From: Callorhinchus milii
Taxonomy: Eukaryota
Assembly (NCBI RefSeq): GCF_018977255.1
Contig: NW_024705545.1
Span: 1 to 35,333 of the forward strand
Direction: 5' to 3'
Length of the DNA stretch: 35,333 nt
The notes below the pieces were generated by a model. That model did no database searches and had not been told where the DNA came from. It saw only the letters and a list, made by a program, of their open reading frames with translations. The first letter of the stretch is position 1, and the number at the start of each line of letters is the position of its first letter. Of the stretch, positions 1-16,121 are shown piece by piece. Both the position numbers and the translations under genes were made by a program.

Positions 1-555
1 CTCTGAAACCTATTATTTGAAGTTAATTAATTTATTACACAATGATGAAAATTAATGAACATGTTTAAAATATTGAGCAAAGTTGTGATCACAGACTTTC
101 TCCAACTTTAGCTCAACAAGACCACTTAACCACGAGAGTAAAATCAGGAATTGAACCACCTCACAACCACTGCGCATCACACCACATCAACAAGTAATCC
201 GATCGGACGACAAAGCACCACCTTAACGTGACGAAGTCTAGAATAAACCTCAACACTCAAGACACGGAATTCAACAAAACACCACGACAAAATGAATAAC
301 AGGAATGGGCAAATCCTAAAACAAGACGGCACACCCAGATCAGTAGCTGTGAGAAGATGACAACACATGGCAACTTCTACCATAAACACCACACATTTAA
401 CAGAGACGATGATCCAACTACGAGACGAAGCAATGTATCTATCGAAGTATAAAATTGTTGTCATCCTGAAATAGTGAACACTTCTGGAACTTATCAGGAA
501 CACTTTTATCTGAACACAATGTAGAGCATTCACAACATCACTCTAGCTTGAAGTC

Positions 556-770
556 CTAGAAATCACCGAAAAATATATAAGAGACACGAATATGACTCTC
601 CAGCCACTCCACTACATCAAGCCATCTCTCAGGATGCAACTGCATGGGGTCGAAAGAGGAATTTCGTTTAGGACTCATGACAACATTTTTACTCTTTGTT
701 TGATGATGCCTGTGAAGTGTTGCTGACCGTGAAAATGCTTCCAACACACAGAGCAATCAAACAGATTTAT
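556..770 (-). pseudogene. Relic duplicate of the gene's 3' end (one decayed finger + one tail repeat), also at ~6430-6620, 9130-9325, 13525-13735, 17865-18060, 20617-20810, 23390-23580, 26160-26355, 28935-29125
   Basis: Translates as ...[49 protein letters not shown], matching a finger helix and the [12 protein letters not shown] repeat. Confidence 0.8.
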
Positions 771-875
771 TAAAATAATTACACTAGCTTGGAGTAGTGC
801 TGGAAATCACTGATATAATCAATTGCACCTAATTAATTGATCTAACAGAGACACAAACGTGCACATTCCAGGACT

Positions 876-1680
876 TTAACAGAAGTACTCAATACTTTGA
901 TTATCCAGCCACTCCAGCAGCCATTTCTCATTATCAACCTGCATGGGGTCAAAAAAAGAATTGGCGTCAGGGCTCAGTACATCCAGCCATCTCGCAGGAT
1001 CCAACTGCATGGGGTCGAAAAAGGAATTGTCGTCAGGACTCATTACATCCACTACATCCACGCATCTCTCAGTATCCACCTGCATAGGTTCGAAAGATGC
1101 ATTTTTTTCAGGACTCATTGCAGCACTTTGTGTTTCACCTTTTGATTTCACTTCCCTATTATTGCTGATCTTCTCATGCTTGTTTCGGGGTGATGACCGT
1201 GTCCTCTCCAACGGAGAACAATTGAAGCTTCTCGTGTGTGTTTTCTGGTGCCTGTGAAGATCTGATTTCCGTGCAAATGCCTTCCAGCACACAGCGCAAT
1301 TGAATGGCTTCTCACCCGAGTGTGTTTTCTGGTGACTATAAAGATTTGATTTCGTGAAAACTTCTCACACACAGAGCAATTGAATGGCTTCTCGCCCGTG
1401 TGTGTTTTCTGGTGACTTAAGATTGATTTACGTGAAAATGCCTTCTCACACACAGAGCAATTGAATGGCTTCTCACCCGAGTGTGTTTTCTGGTGAGTGT
1501 GAAGATTTGATTTCTGTGAAAATGACTTCCACAAACAGAGCAATTGAATGGCTTTTCGCCCGTGTGTGTTTTCTGGTGAGTTAGATTTGATGAATCTGCA
1601 AATGCCTTCCCACAAAGAGAGCAATTGAACCGCTTCTCAGCCGTGTGTGCGTGCCGCTGTGGAGAGTTTTTCTGCTCCAT
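876..1680 (-). CDS. ZF gene copy 1: ~5 C2H2 fingers + acidic C-terminal repeats, frameshifted as assembled
   Basis: ORFs 1417-1680, 1148-1624 and 876-1292 tile one product from MEQKNSPQ to [16 protein letters not shown]. Confidence 0.8.
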
Positions 1681-3527
1681 GTGACTGATTCTTCAGAGCA
1701 GAGTAACAGTCGCGGGTGTTGTTGAGAGTTAAAGGCACCTCTAAGTGCGTGGATGTCTGGCTTAAATCGCCAAGAAGCAAACTCTTACCAACGTCTAACT
1801 GAGACACAGTAACGTATCCTAAGTCGGACTACACACGCGATTACCAGTTTATCCACTAACAAAGACACTTACTTGTTGATGCACGGCGTATCGATGTCCC
1901 TGTAACCCGTCTGAAGAGATCGCCACGAACTCTCCCGAAGCAAAGTCCCAACCAGTCGCCAAGCAATCGTGCTCGCCAGGCTGGGTCTCGTGGAAGAAGG
2001 GTTATCTGCAGAGCGGGGAGTCGAGCGTCTATGCTCAGCAAAATCCTCTCGAAATGACCTTGAGGTCTGATTTTAAGCCCCTTATATCTTCGCTCTAGCA
2101 TCCAAATCCTTTGTTCACAACTTGGCCTATTATGGACTTTGCATTAAATTGTTAATTTTTACGTTAACAATCCGCATATCCAGCAACATAATACGTATGT
2201 ACATCTCACGCATAATTGTACACTTCCGTTTGAATAAGGATGTGCATCTCCATGCATAATTCCGTGCTTCGTGTTAATTTGCTAATATTCACCCCCCAAT
2301 GTCCTCTAAACTGCTGCAAGTTTAGAGGATTATAAAGCGACATACAGTCTGAAGTATCAAAATTGGTGATCTCGAGCTTGATTTGGAATAAGATGTGCAA
2401 GTTTATACTGTACTGACTTTGTTTTATAAATATATTTAAGGACAATCGTGTTGAGCGGGGTGCTTCTAGAAAACGAGTGTTTTATATTATAATTTCTGCC
2501 ATGAACTTTGAATAATGATCTGAATGGTTAGCATGTAAGCTTGGTTTATTATCATGTCCATATGAATGTTTTTTGGGTTAGATCGCTTAAATATATAAAC
2601 GTGTCGTTGAAACCCGCCACCACCCGACAAAGCCAACTAGTAAGGATTGTCACGTAAACAGAAAATGCAAATAGCTTCATCAGTCGACAGCCAGATTTGG
2701 GAAGTCTAACTGTTTTGTTCCTTAAATTGTTCGCTATGAACATTGTAGCAATAAGGGAAGATCAGTAATTTTTAACATATCAGGTCTTTATTGTTCTGCA
2801 AGTATATTAACGTTAAAACTCGTAGAAACACATGCACACTCGCGTGTGAATGCACACCGATGTATATGCAGTCGTGTTTGGATGCACACTCGTGTGTGTA
2901 TGTCTACTCGTCCGTGTTTTTTTAAAGGAAAATATGGTAGCAATAACGTACGATCAGTCATTTTTAAAAACAAATCAGGACATTATTAATCTGCAAGGAA
3001 ACTCTCGTTAATACTCGTATAGAAATCTTTATTAACACGCATGCTCAAACAGGAAAGGAACTCGGCAAATTATTTCCCAATAGGAATTCAACAGTTAAAA
3101 GATATTCTTAAAATCAAACACGTAAACGTCGATTTCCCCGTTGACGTCCTTTTCGACTGAAGCCATTCGTCCAGAAGTCCAAGCCATCAAACACAGGAAT
3201 AACGAACGTGCAATCCACGCACACTCTGAAACTTATTATTTGAAGTTAATTAATTTATTACACAATCATGAAAATTAAAGAACATGTTTAAAATATTGAG
3301 CAAAGTTGTGGTCACAGACTTTCTCCAACTTCAGCTCAACAAGACCACTTAACCACTAGAGTAAAATCAGGAATTGAACCGCCTCACAACTACTGCACAT
3401 CACACCACATCAACAAGTAATCCGATAGGACTACAAAGCACCACCTTAACGTAACGAAGTCTAGAATAAACCTCAACACTCAAGACGCGGAATTCAACAC
3501 AAACACCACGACACAATTAACAACAGT

Positions 3528-3894
3528 ATTTTCTGGTGACTGTGAAGATTTTGTTTCAGTGAAAATGCCTTCCCACACACAGCGCAATTGAATGGCTTCT
3601 CACCCGAGTGTGTTTTCTGGTGAGTGTGAAGATTTTGTTTCAGTGAAATGCCTTATCGCACACAGCGCAATTGAATGGCTTCTCACCCGAGTGTGTTTTC
3701 TGGTGTCTGCTAAGAGTTGATTTCCGTGCAAATGCCTTCCCACACACAGAACAGTTGAATGGCTTCTCGTCCGTGTGTGTGTTTTGGTGATTGCGAAGAG
3801 TTGATGAATCTGTAAATGACTTCCCACACACAGAGCAATTGAATGGCTTCTCACCCGTGTGTGTGTGGCGCTGTGGGAAGGTAATCTGCTCCAT
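3528..3894 (-). pseudogene. ZF gene copy 2: ~4 fingers, 3'-truncated, no acidic tail
   Basis: [23 protein letters not shown]... Finger DNA joins distal 3' flank at ~3527 (aacaacag|tattttctggtgac). Linker and tail are absent. Confidence 0.78.
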
Positions 3895-6731
3895 GTGACT
3901 GATTCTTCAGTGACAGTCGCGGGTGTTTTTTATAGTAAAATGCACCCTTTAAGCTGCGTGGATGTCTGGCTTAAATCGCCAAGAAGCAAACTCTTACCAA
4001 CGTCTAACTGAGACACAGTAACGTATCCTAAGTCGGACTACACACGCGATTACCAGTTTATCCACTAACAAAGACACTTACTTGTTGATGCACGGCGTAT
4101 CGATGTCCCTGTAACCCGTCTGAAGAGATCGCCACGAACTCTCCCGAAGCAAAGTCGCCAACCAGTCGCCAAGCAATCGTGCTCGCCAGGCTGGGTCTCG
4201 TGGAAGAAGGGTTATCTGCAGAGCGGGGAGTCGAGCGTCTATGCTCAGCAAAATCCCTCTCGAAATGACCTTGAGGTCTGATTTTAAGCCCCTTATAACT
4301 TCGCTCTAGCATCCAAATCCTTTGTTCTCGACTTGGCCTATTATGGACTTTGCATTCAATTGTTAATTTTACATTAACAATCCGCATATCTAGCAACATA
4401 ATACGTATGTACATATCACTGCATAATTGTACACTTCCGTTTGAATAAGGATGTGCATCTCCATGCATAATTCCATGATTCGTGTTAATTTGCTAATATT
4501 CACCGCCCAATGTCCTCTAAACTGCTGCAAGTTTAGAGGATGATAAAGCGACATACAGTCTGAATATCAAAATTGGTGATCTCGAGATTGATTTAGAATA
4601 AGATGTGCAAGTTTATACTGTACTGACTTTGTTTTATAAATATATTTAAGGACAATCGTGTTGAGCGGGGTGTTTCTAGAAAACGAGTGTTTTATATTAA
4701 AAATTCTGCCATTTGTTCGTGTAGTCGAACGCAATCCCTTTGTACTTACACTGCTGTGTATGTCCACTCGTGTGTGGGTGTGTGTACATGAGAGTGTATG
4801 TGTACTCGTGTATGATTATGTATTGGAACAAACAAATTATTTTTTATATTGTGTCGTAGAAATAATTGAGGGGCAACGTGGTAGGAATGCGCCACTACAA
4901 CAGGGAACTACAGGGATGAGACTCCCCGCTCGTGGTGCTAAATGAATGAAAACAGCGCCACTGAGCAGACAGAGCCCCGCCCCTACAGCTCGTGAGTGTG
5001 ACGTAGTGAGTGTGACCAGCGAACTGCCACGATGCTGCCAGGTAAGGGTAAACTTGTGTGATGGAGATGCTTCACCTGAAACTCGCCTCCACACGTGTTC
5101 GCTATGAACATTGTAGCAATAAGGGACGATCAGTCATCTTTAAAAACAGGTCTTTATTAATCTGCAAGAAAACTCACGTTAACACTCGTATCGAAATCTT
5201 TATTAATACGCATGCTATTTCCCAATAGGAATTTAACAGTTAAGACAGATTCTTAAATTCAAAAACGTAACGTCGATTTCCCCTTTGACGTCCTTTAACA
5301 CTGAAGCCATTCGTCCAGAAGTCCAAGCCATCAAACACAGGAACAACGAACGTGCATCCATGCACACTCTGAAACCTATTATTTGAAGTGAATTAATTTA
5401 TTACACAATGATGAAAATTAATGAACATGTTTAAAATATTGAGCAAGTTGTGATCACAGATTTTCTCCAACTTTAGCTCAACAAGACACTTAACCACTCG
5501 AGTAAAATCAGGAATTGAAACACCTCACAACCACTGCACATCACACACATCAACAAGTAATCGATAGGACTACAAAGCACCACCTTAACGTGACGAAGTC
5601 TAGAATAAACCTCAACACTCAAGATACGGAATTCCACACAAACACCACGACAAATGAATAACAGGAATGGCAAATCCTAAAACAAGACGGCACACCCAGA
5701 TCAGTAGCTGTGAGAAGAAATTCTGCCATTTGTTCGCGTAGTCGAACGCAATCCCTTTGTACTTACACTGCTGTGTATGTCCACTCGTGTGTGGGTGTGT
5801 GTACATGAGAGTGTATGTGTACTCGTGTATGATTATGTATTGGAACAAAAATTATTTTTATATTGTGTCGTACAAATAATTGAGGGGCAACGTGGTAGGA
5901 ATGCGCCACCACAACAGGGAACTACAGGATGATACTCCCCGCTCGTGGTGCGAAATGAATGAAAACAGCGTAGAAACACATGCACACTCGTGTGTGAATG
6001 CACACCGCTGTATATACAGTCGTGTTTGGATGCACACTCGTGTGTGTATGTCTACTCGTCCGTGTTTTTTTAAAGGAAAACTATGGTAGCAATAACGTAC
6101 GATCAGTCATCTTTAAAAACAGGTCTTTATTAATCTGCAAGAAAGCTCACGTTAATACTCGTATCGAAATCTTTATTAATACGCATGCTCAAACAGGAAA
6201 GGAACTAGGCAAATTATTTCCCAATAGGAATTCAACAGTTAAAATATATTCTTAAAATCAAACACGTAAACGTCGATTTCCCTTTGACGTCCTTTTCGAC
6301 TGAAGCCATTCGTCCAAAGTATAAAATTGTTGTCATTCTGAAATCCGTGAACACTTCTGGAACTTAAAGGAAGACATTCATCTGAACACATTATAGAGCA
6401 TTCACAACATCACTCTAGCTTGAAGTCCTAGAAATCACCGAAAAATATATATGAGACACGAATACTCCACTACATCAAGCCATATCTCAGGATGCAACTG
6501 CATGGGGTCGAAAGAGGAATTTCGTTGAGGACTCATGACAACATTTTTACTCTTTGTTTGATGATGCCTGTGAAGTGTTACTGACTGTGAAAATGCTTCC
6601 AACACACAGAGCAATCAAACGGTTTTGTTAAAATAATTACACTAGTTGGAGTAGTGCTGGAAATCACTGATATAATCAATTGCACCTAATACATTGATCT
6701 AACAGAGAACAAACGTGCACATTCCAGGACT

Positions 6732-7622
6732 TTAACAGAAGTACTCAATACTTTGATTATCCAGCCACTCCAGCAGCCATTTCTCATTATCAACCTGCAT
6801 GGGGTCGAAAAGAATTGCGTCAGGGCTCAGTACATCCAGCCATCTCGCAGGATCCAACTGCATGGGGTCGAAAGGAATTGTCGTCAGGACTCATTACATC
6901 CATGCATCTCTCAGGATCCACCTGCATAGGTTCGAAAGATGCTTTTTTTCAGGACTCATTGCAGCACTTTGTTTTTCACCTTTGATTTCACTTCCCTATT
7001 TTTGCTGATCTTCTCATGCTTGTTTCGGGGCGATGACCGTGTCCTCTCCAACGGAGAACAATTGAATGGATTCTCGCCCTTGTGTGTTTTCTGGTGCTGT
7101 GAAGATATGATTTCCGTGCAAATGCCTTCCAGCACACAGCGCAATTGAATTGCTTCTACCCGAGGTGTGTTTTCTGGTGACTGTAAGATTTGATTTCAGT
7201 GAAAATGCTTCCCACACACAGAGCAATTAACGGCTTCTCGCCCGTGTGTTGTTTTTCTGGGTGCCCTGTGAAGATTCTTGATTTCTGTGAAATGACTTCT
7301 TCACACCAGGCGCATTGAAGGGAAATTTCTTCTGGCCACCCGGTGTTGTGTTTTCTGGTGAGTGTTGAAGAGTTTGATTTCAGTGAAAATGACTTCTCAA
7401 CACAGAGCAATTGAACGCTTTTTCCGCCCGAGTGGTGTTTTCTGGTGATGTGAAGATTTGATTTCGTGCAATGCCTTCCTCACACAGCGCAATTGAAAGG
7501 CTTCTCCCGGTGGTTTTCTGGGACTGTGAAATTGATTTCCATGCAATTCCTTAACACACACAGAGCAATTGAACCGCTTTTGCCAGTGTGTGGTGGCCGC
7601 TGTGGAGAGTTTTTTTCTCCTG
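6732..7622 (-). pseudogene. ZF gene copy 3: ~6 fingers + tail, heavily indel-disrupted, ATG not intact
   Basis: Stop context tta at 6732, tail repeats at ~6740-6960, noisy 84-bp periodicity at 7060-7570. May be a low-quality consensus rather than true decay. Confidence 0.7.
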
Positions 7623-9432
7623 TGACTGATTCTTCAGAGCAGAGAAACTGTCGCGGTGTTGTTGAGAGTTAAAGGCCCTCTAAGCTGCGTGGATGTCTGG
7701 CTTAAATCCAAGAAGCAAACTCTTACCAACGTCTAACGATACACAGTAAGTCGGACTACACACGCGATTACCAGTTTATCCACTAACAAAGACACTTACT
7801 TGTTGATGCATCGGCGTATCGATGTCCCTGTAACCCTCTGAAGAGATCGCCACGAACTCTCCCGAAGCAAAGTCCCAACCAGTCGCCAAGCAATCGTGCT
7901 CGCCAGCTGGGTCTCGTGGAAGAAGGGTTATCTGCAGAGCGGGGAGTCGAGCGTCTATGCTCCATCAAAATCCCTCTCGAAATGCCCTTGAGGTCTGATT
8001 TTAAGCCCTTTATAATTCCGCTCTAGCATCCAAAATTCTTGTTCTCGACTTGGCCTATTATGGAATTTGCATTCAATTGTTAATTTTTACATTAACAATC
8101 CGCATATCTAGCAACATAATACGTATGTACATATCACTGAATAATTGTACACTTCCGTTGAATACGGATGTGCATCTCTATGCATAATTCCATGATTCGT
8201 GTTAATTTGCTAATATTCACCCCCCAATGTCCTCTAAACTGCTGCAAGTTAGAGGATGATAAGTGACATACAGTCTGAAGTATCAAAATTGGTGATCTCG
8301 AGCTTGATTTGGAATAAGATGTGCAAGTTTATACTGTACTGACTTTGTTTTATAAAATATATTTAAGTACAATCGTGTTGAGCGGGGTGTTTCTAGAAAA
8401 CGAGTGTTTTATATTAAAAATTCTGCCATTTGTTCGCGTAGTCGAACGCAATCCCTTTGTACTTACACTGCTGTGTATGTCCACTCGTGTGTGGGTGTGT
8501 GTACTGAGAGTGTATGTGTACTCGTGTATGATTATGTATTGGAACAAACAAATTATTTTTATATTGTGTCGTACAAATAATTGAGGGGCAACGTGGTAGG
8601 AATGCGCCACCACAACAGGGAACTACAGGATGAGACTCCCCGCTCGTGGTGCGAAATGAATGAAAACAGCGTAGAAACACATGCACACTCGTGTGTGAAT
8701 GCACACCGCTGTATATACAGTCGTGTTTGGATGCACACTCGTGTGTGTATGTCTACTCGTCCCGTGTTTTTTTAAAGGAAAACTATGGTAGCAATAACGT
8801 ACGATCAGTCATCTTTAAAACAGGTCTTTATTAATCTGCAAGAAAGCTCACGTTAATACTCGTATCGAAATCTTTATTAATACGCATGCTCAAACAGGAA
8901 AGGAACTAGGCAAATTATTTCCCAATAGGAATTCAACAGTTAAAATATATTCTTAAAATCAAACACGTAAACGTCGATTTCCTCTTTGACGTCCTTTTCG
9001 ACTGAAGCCATTCGTCCAAAGTATAAAATTGTTGTCATTCTGAAATCCGTGAACACTTCTGGAACTTAAAGGAAGACATTCATCTGAACACATTATAGAG
9101 CATTCACAACATCACTCTAGCTTGAAGTCCTAGAAATCACCGAAAAATATATATGAGACACGAATACTCCACTACATCAAGCCATATCTCATGATGCAAC
9201 TGCATGGGGTCGAAAGAGGAATTTCGTTGAGGACTCATGACAACATTTTTACTCTTTGTTTGATGATGCCTGTGAAGTGTTACTGACTGTGAAAATGCTT
9301 CCAACACACAGAGCAATCAAACGGTTTTGTTAAAATAATTACACTAGTTGGAGTAGTGCTGGAAATCACTGATATATCAATTGCAACTAATACATTAATC
9401 TAACAGAGAACAAACGTGCACATTCCAGGACT

Positions 9433-10558
<1,126 letters not shown>

Positions 10559-11275
10559 GTGACTGATTTTTCAGAGCAGAGAAACTTCGTGGATGTCTGG
10601 CTCAAATCGCCAAAAAACAACTCTCACTAACGTCTAACCGAGTCACAGTAACGTCTCGGAAGTCGGAATACACACGCGATTACCAGTTTATCCACTAACA
10701 AAGACACTTACTTGTTGATGCACGGCGTATCGATGTCCCTGTAACCCGTCTGAAGAGATCGCCACGAACTCTCCCGAAGCAAAGTCCCCAACCAGTCGCC
10801 AAGCAATCGTGCTCGCCAGGCTGGGTCTCGTGGAAGAAGGGTTATCTGCAGAGCGGGGAGTCGAGCGTCTATGCTCATCAAAATCCCTCTCGAAATGCCC
10901 TTGAGGTCTGATTTTAAGCCCTTTATAATTCCGCTCTAGCATCCAAATCTTTGTTTTCGACTTGGCCTATTATGGAATTTGCATTCAATGTTAATTTTTA
11001 CATTAACAATCCGCATATCTAGCAACATAATACGTATGTACATATCACTGAATAATTGTACACTTCCGTTTGAATACGGATGTGCATCTCTATGCATAAT
11101 TCCATGATTCGTGTTAATTTGCTAATATTCACCCCCCAATGTCCTCTAAACTGCTGCAAGTTTAGAGGATGATAAAGTGACATACAGTCTGAAGTATCAA
11201 AATTGGTGATCTCGAGCTTGATTTGGAATAAGATGTGCAAGTTTATACTGTACTGACTTTGTTTTATAAATATAT

Positions 11276-11768
11276 TTAAGTACAATCGTGTTGAGCGGGT
11301 GTTTCTTCTCACCCGAGTGTGTTTTTTGGTGATTGCGAAGAGTTGATGATTCTGCAAATGACTTCCGCACACAGAGCAATTGAACGGCTTCTCTCCCGTG
11401 TGTGTTTTTTGGTGATTGTGAAGATCTGCTTTACGGGCAAATGCTTCCACACACAGAGCAATTGAACGGCTTCTCGCCCGTGTGTGTTTTTGGTGCTTGT
11501 GAAGATCTGATTTCCGTGCAAATGCCTTCCAGCACACAGCGCAATTGAACGGCTTCTCGCCCGTGTGTGTTTTTTGGTGAGTGTGAAGATCTGCTTTACG
11601 GGCAAATGCCTTCACACAAACAGAGCAATTGAATGGCTTCTCACCCGAGTGTGTTTTCTGGTGATTGCGAAGAGTTGATGAATCTGCAAATGCCTTCCCG
11701 CACACAGCGCAATTGAATGGCTTCCTACCCGTGTGTGCGTGCCGCTGTGGAGAGTTTTTCTGCTCCAT
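11276..11768 (-). CDS. ZF gene copy 5: 5 fingers only, tail deleted, fused to the upstream region of copy 4
   Basis: Junction gcgggtgtttct|tctcacccgag at ~11306. End placed at the stop equivalent to copy 7. Contains single-base indels. Confidence 0.65.
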
Positions 11769-13033
11769 GTGACTGATTTTTCAGAGCAGAGAAACTTCGT
11801 GGATGTCTGGCTCAAATCGCCAAAAACAACTCTCACTAACGTTTAACCGAGTCACAGTAACGTCTCGGAAGTCGGAATACACACGCGATTACCAGTTTAT
11901 CCACTAACAAAGACACTTACTTGTTGATGCACGGCGTATCGATGTCCCTGTAACCCGTCTGAAGAGATCGCCACGAACTCTCCCGAAGCAAAGTCCCCAA
12001 CCAGTCACCAAGCAATCGTGCTCGCCAGGCTGGGTCTCGTGGAAGAAGGGTTATCTGCAGAGCGGGGAGTCGAGCGTCTATGCTCATCAAAATCCCTCTC
12101 GAAATGCCCTTGAGGTCTGATTTTAAGCCCTTTATAATTCCGCTCTAGCATCCAAATTCTTTGTTCTCGACTTGGCCTATTATGGAATTTGCATTCAATT
12201 GTTAATTTTTACATTAACAATCCGCATATCTAGCAACATAATACGTATGTACATATCACTGAATAATTGTACACTTCCGTTTGAATACGGATGTGCATCT
12301 CTATGCATAATTCCATGATTCGTGTTAATTTGCTAATATTCACCCCCCAATGTCCTCTAAACTGCTGCAAGTTTAGAGGATGATAAAGTGACATACAGTC
12401 TGAAGTATCAAAATTGGTGATCTCGAGCTTGATTTGGAATAAGATGTGCAAGTTTATACTGTACTGACTTTGTTTTATAAATATATTTAAGTACAATCGT
12501 GTTGAGCGGGGTGTTTCTAGAAAACGAGTGTTTTATATTAAAAATTCTGCCATTTGTTCGTGTAGTCGAACGCAATCCCTTTGTACTTACACTGCTGTGT
12601 ATGTCCACTCGTGTGTGGGTGTGTGTACATGAGAGTGTATGCGTACTCGTGTATGATTATGTATTGGAACAAACAAATTATTTTTATATTGTGTCGTACA
12701 AATAATTGAGGGGCAACGTGGTAGGAATGCGCCACCACAACAGGGAACTACAGGGATGAGACTCCCCGCTCGTGGTGCGAAATGAATGAAAACAGCGTAG
12801 AAACACATGCACACTCGTGTGTGAATGCACACCGCTGTATATACAGTCGTGTTTGGATGCACACTCGTGTGTGTATGTCTACTCGTCCGTGTTTTTTTAA
12901 AGGAAAACTATGGTAGCAATAACGTACGATCAGTCATCTTTAAAAACAGGTCTTTATTAATCTGCAAGAAAGCTCACGTTAATACTCGTATCGAAATCTT
13001 TATTAATACGCATGCTCAAACAGGAAAGGAACT

Positions 13034-13293
13034 ATCTTCTTGGTTCTTTCGGTAAAGTCACGTAGAAGGGAAGTAATAAAATAATAAAAATAAAACATAA
13101 TAAACAATTCTCACGACGTTTCGGCCACAACGCAAGCAGCCGTCCTCAACGGCTGCTTGCGTTGTGGCCGAAACGTCGTGAGAATTGTTTTATTATGTTT
13201 TATTTTTATTATTTTATTACTTCCCTTCTACGTGACTTTACCGAAAGAACCAAGAAGATGAATCCCTGCAGTCACGAAAGCTTTAAATCGAAA
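13034..13293. mobile_element. Palindromic Penelope-like element remnant with hammerhead-ribozyme core, 12-bp TSD
   Basis: Arms 13034-13143 and 13149-13259 are near-perfect inverted repeats around a 5-nt loop (cctca). Flanked by AGGAAAGGAACT (13022-13033, 13294-13305), which occurs once at the empty site in other units. Minus strand reads TGAGGA-C-GGCTGC...GTGGCC-GAAACGTC. Confidence 0.8.
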
Positions 13294-13840
13294 AGGAAAG
13301 GAACTAGGCAAATTTTTCCCAATAGGAATTCAACAGTTAAAATATATTCTTGAAATCAAACACGTAAACGTCGATTTCCCTTTGACGTCCTTTTCGACTG
13401 AAGCCATTCGTCCAAAGTATAAAATTGTTGTCATTCTGAAATCAGTGAACACTTCTGGAACTTAAAGGAAGACATTCATCTGAACACATTATAGAGTATT
13501 CACAACATCACTCTAGCTTGAAGTCCTAGAAATCACCGAAAAATATATATGCGACACGAATATGACTCTCCAGCCACTCCACTACATCAAGCCATATCTA
13601 TGATGCAACTGCATGGGGTCGAAAGAGGAATTTCGTTGAGGACTCATGACAACATTTTTACTCTTTGTTTGATGATGCCTGTGAAGTGTTGCTGACCGTG
13701 AAAATGCTTCCAACACATAGAGCAATCAAACGGTTTTGTTAAAAGAATTACACCAGTTTGTAGTGCTGGAAATCACTGATATAATCAATTGCACCTAATA
13801 ATTGATCTAACAGAGACACAAACGTGCACATTCCAGGACT

Positions 13841-14902
<1,062 letters not shown>

Positions 14903-15620
14903 GTGACTGATTTTTCAGAGCAGAGAAACTTCGTGGATGTCTGGCTCAAATCGCCAAAAAACAACTCTCACTAACGTTTAACCGAGTCACAGTAACGTCT
15001 CGGAAGTCGGAATACACACGCGATTACCAGTTTATCCACTAACAAAGACACTTACTTGTTGATGCACGGCGTATCGATGTCCCTGTAACCCGTCTGAAGA
15101 GATCGCCACGAACTCTCCCGAAGCAAAGTCCCCAACCAGTCGCCAAGCAATCGTGCTCGCCAGGCTGGGTCTCGTGGAAGAAGGGTTATCTGCAGAGCGG
15201 GGAGTCGAGCGTCTATGCTCATCAAAATCCCTCTCGAAATGCCCTTGAGGTCTGATTTTAAGCTCTTTATAATTCCGCTCTAGCATCCAAAATCTTTGTT
15301 TTCGACTTGGCCTATTATGGAATTTGCATTCAATGTTAATTTTTACATTAACAATCCGCATATCTAGCAACATAATACGTATGTACATATCACTGAATAA
15401 TTGTACACTTCCGTTTGAATACGGATGTGCATCTCTATGCATAATTCCATGATTCGTGTTAATTTGCTAATATTCACCCCCCAATGTCCTCTAAACTGCT
15501 GCAAGTTTAGAGGATGATAAAGTGACATACAGTCTGAAGTATCAAAATTGGTGATCTCGAGCTTGATTTGGAATAAGATGTGCAAGTTTATACTGTACTG
15601 ACTTTGTTTTATAAATATAT

Positions 15621-16121
15621 TTAAGTACAATCGTGTTGAGCGGGGTGTTTCTTCTCACCCGAGTGTGTGTTTTTTGGTGATTCTGAAGATCTGATTTCCG
15701 TGCAAATGCCTTCCAGCACACAGCGCCATTGAACGGCTTCTCTCCCGTGTGTGTTTTTTGGTGAGTGTGAAGATCTGCCTTTACGGGCAAATGCCTTCAC
15801 ACAAACAGAGCAATTGAACGGCTTCTCACCCGAGTGTGTTTTTTGGTGATTGTGAAGATCTGATTTCCGTGCAAATGCCTTCCAGCACACAGCGCAATTG
15901 AACGGCTTCTCGCCCGTGTGTGTTTTTTGGTGAGTGTGAAGATCTGCTTTACGGGCAAATGCCTTCACACAAACAGAGCAATTGAATGGCTTCTCACCCG
16001 AGTGTGTTTTCTGGTGACTGCGAAGAGTTGATGAATCTGCAAATGCCTTCCCGCACACAGCGCAATTGAATGGCTTCTTACCCGTGTGTGCGTGCCGCTG
16101 TGGAGAGTTTTTCTGCTCCAT
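15621..16121 (-). CDS. ZF gene copy 7: 5 fingers only, tail deleted, ends [14 protein letters not shown]
   Basis: 166-aa ORF with compensating +1 (~15778) and +2 (~15665) indels. Same junction as copy 5 at ~15652. Confidence 0.7.
   Translation of the reverse strand: MEQKNSPQRHAHTGKKPFNCAVCGKAFADSSTLRSHQKTHSGEKPFNCSVCVKAFARKADLHTHQKTHTGEKPFNCAVCWKAFARKSDLHNHQKTHSGEKPFNCSVCVKAFARKGRSSHSPKNTHGREAVQWRCVLEGICTEIRSSESPKNTHSGEKKHPAQHDCT

Noticed and set aside
766..771. AATAAA ~105 nt after the copy 1 stop as the general poly(A) signal
   Set aside because: It is AACAAA in the other units, so it is not conserved.
11019..11768. 249-aa fusion ORF as a real chimeric protein
   Set aside because: Its length depends on single-base indels that shift out of the finger frame. 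Sister copy 7 stops shortly after the same junction.
13034..13259. Palindrome as a MITE or DNA transposon
   Set aside because: The inverted repeat is not terminal (a 34-bp tail lies on one side only), TSD lengths differ between insertions, and the centre has a hammerhead core. A Penelope-like origin fits better.
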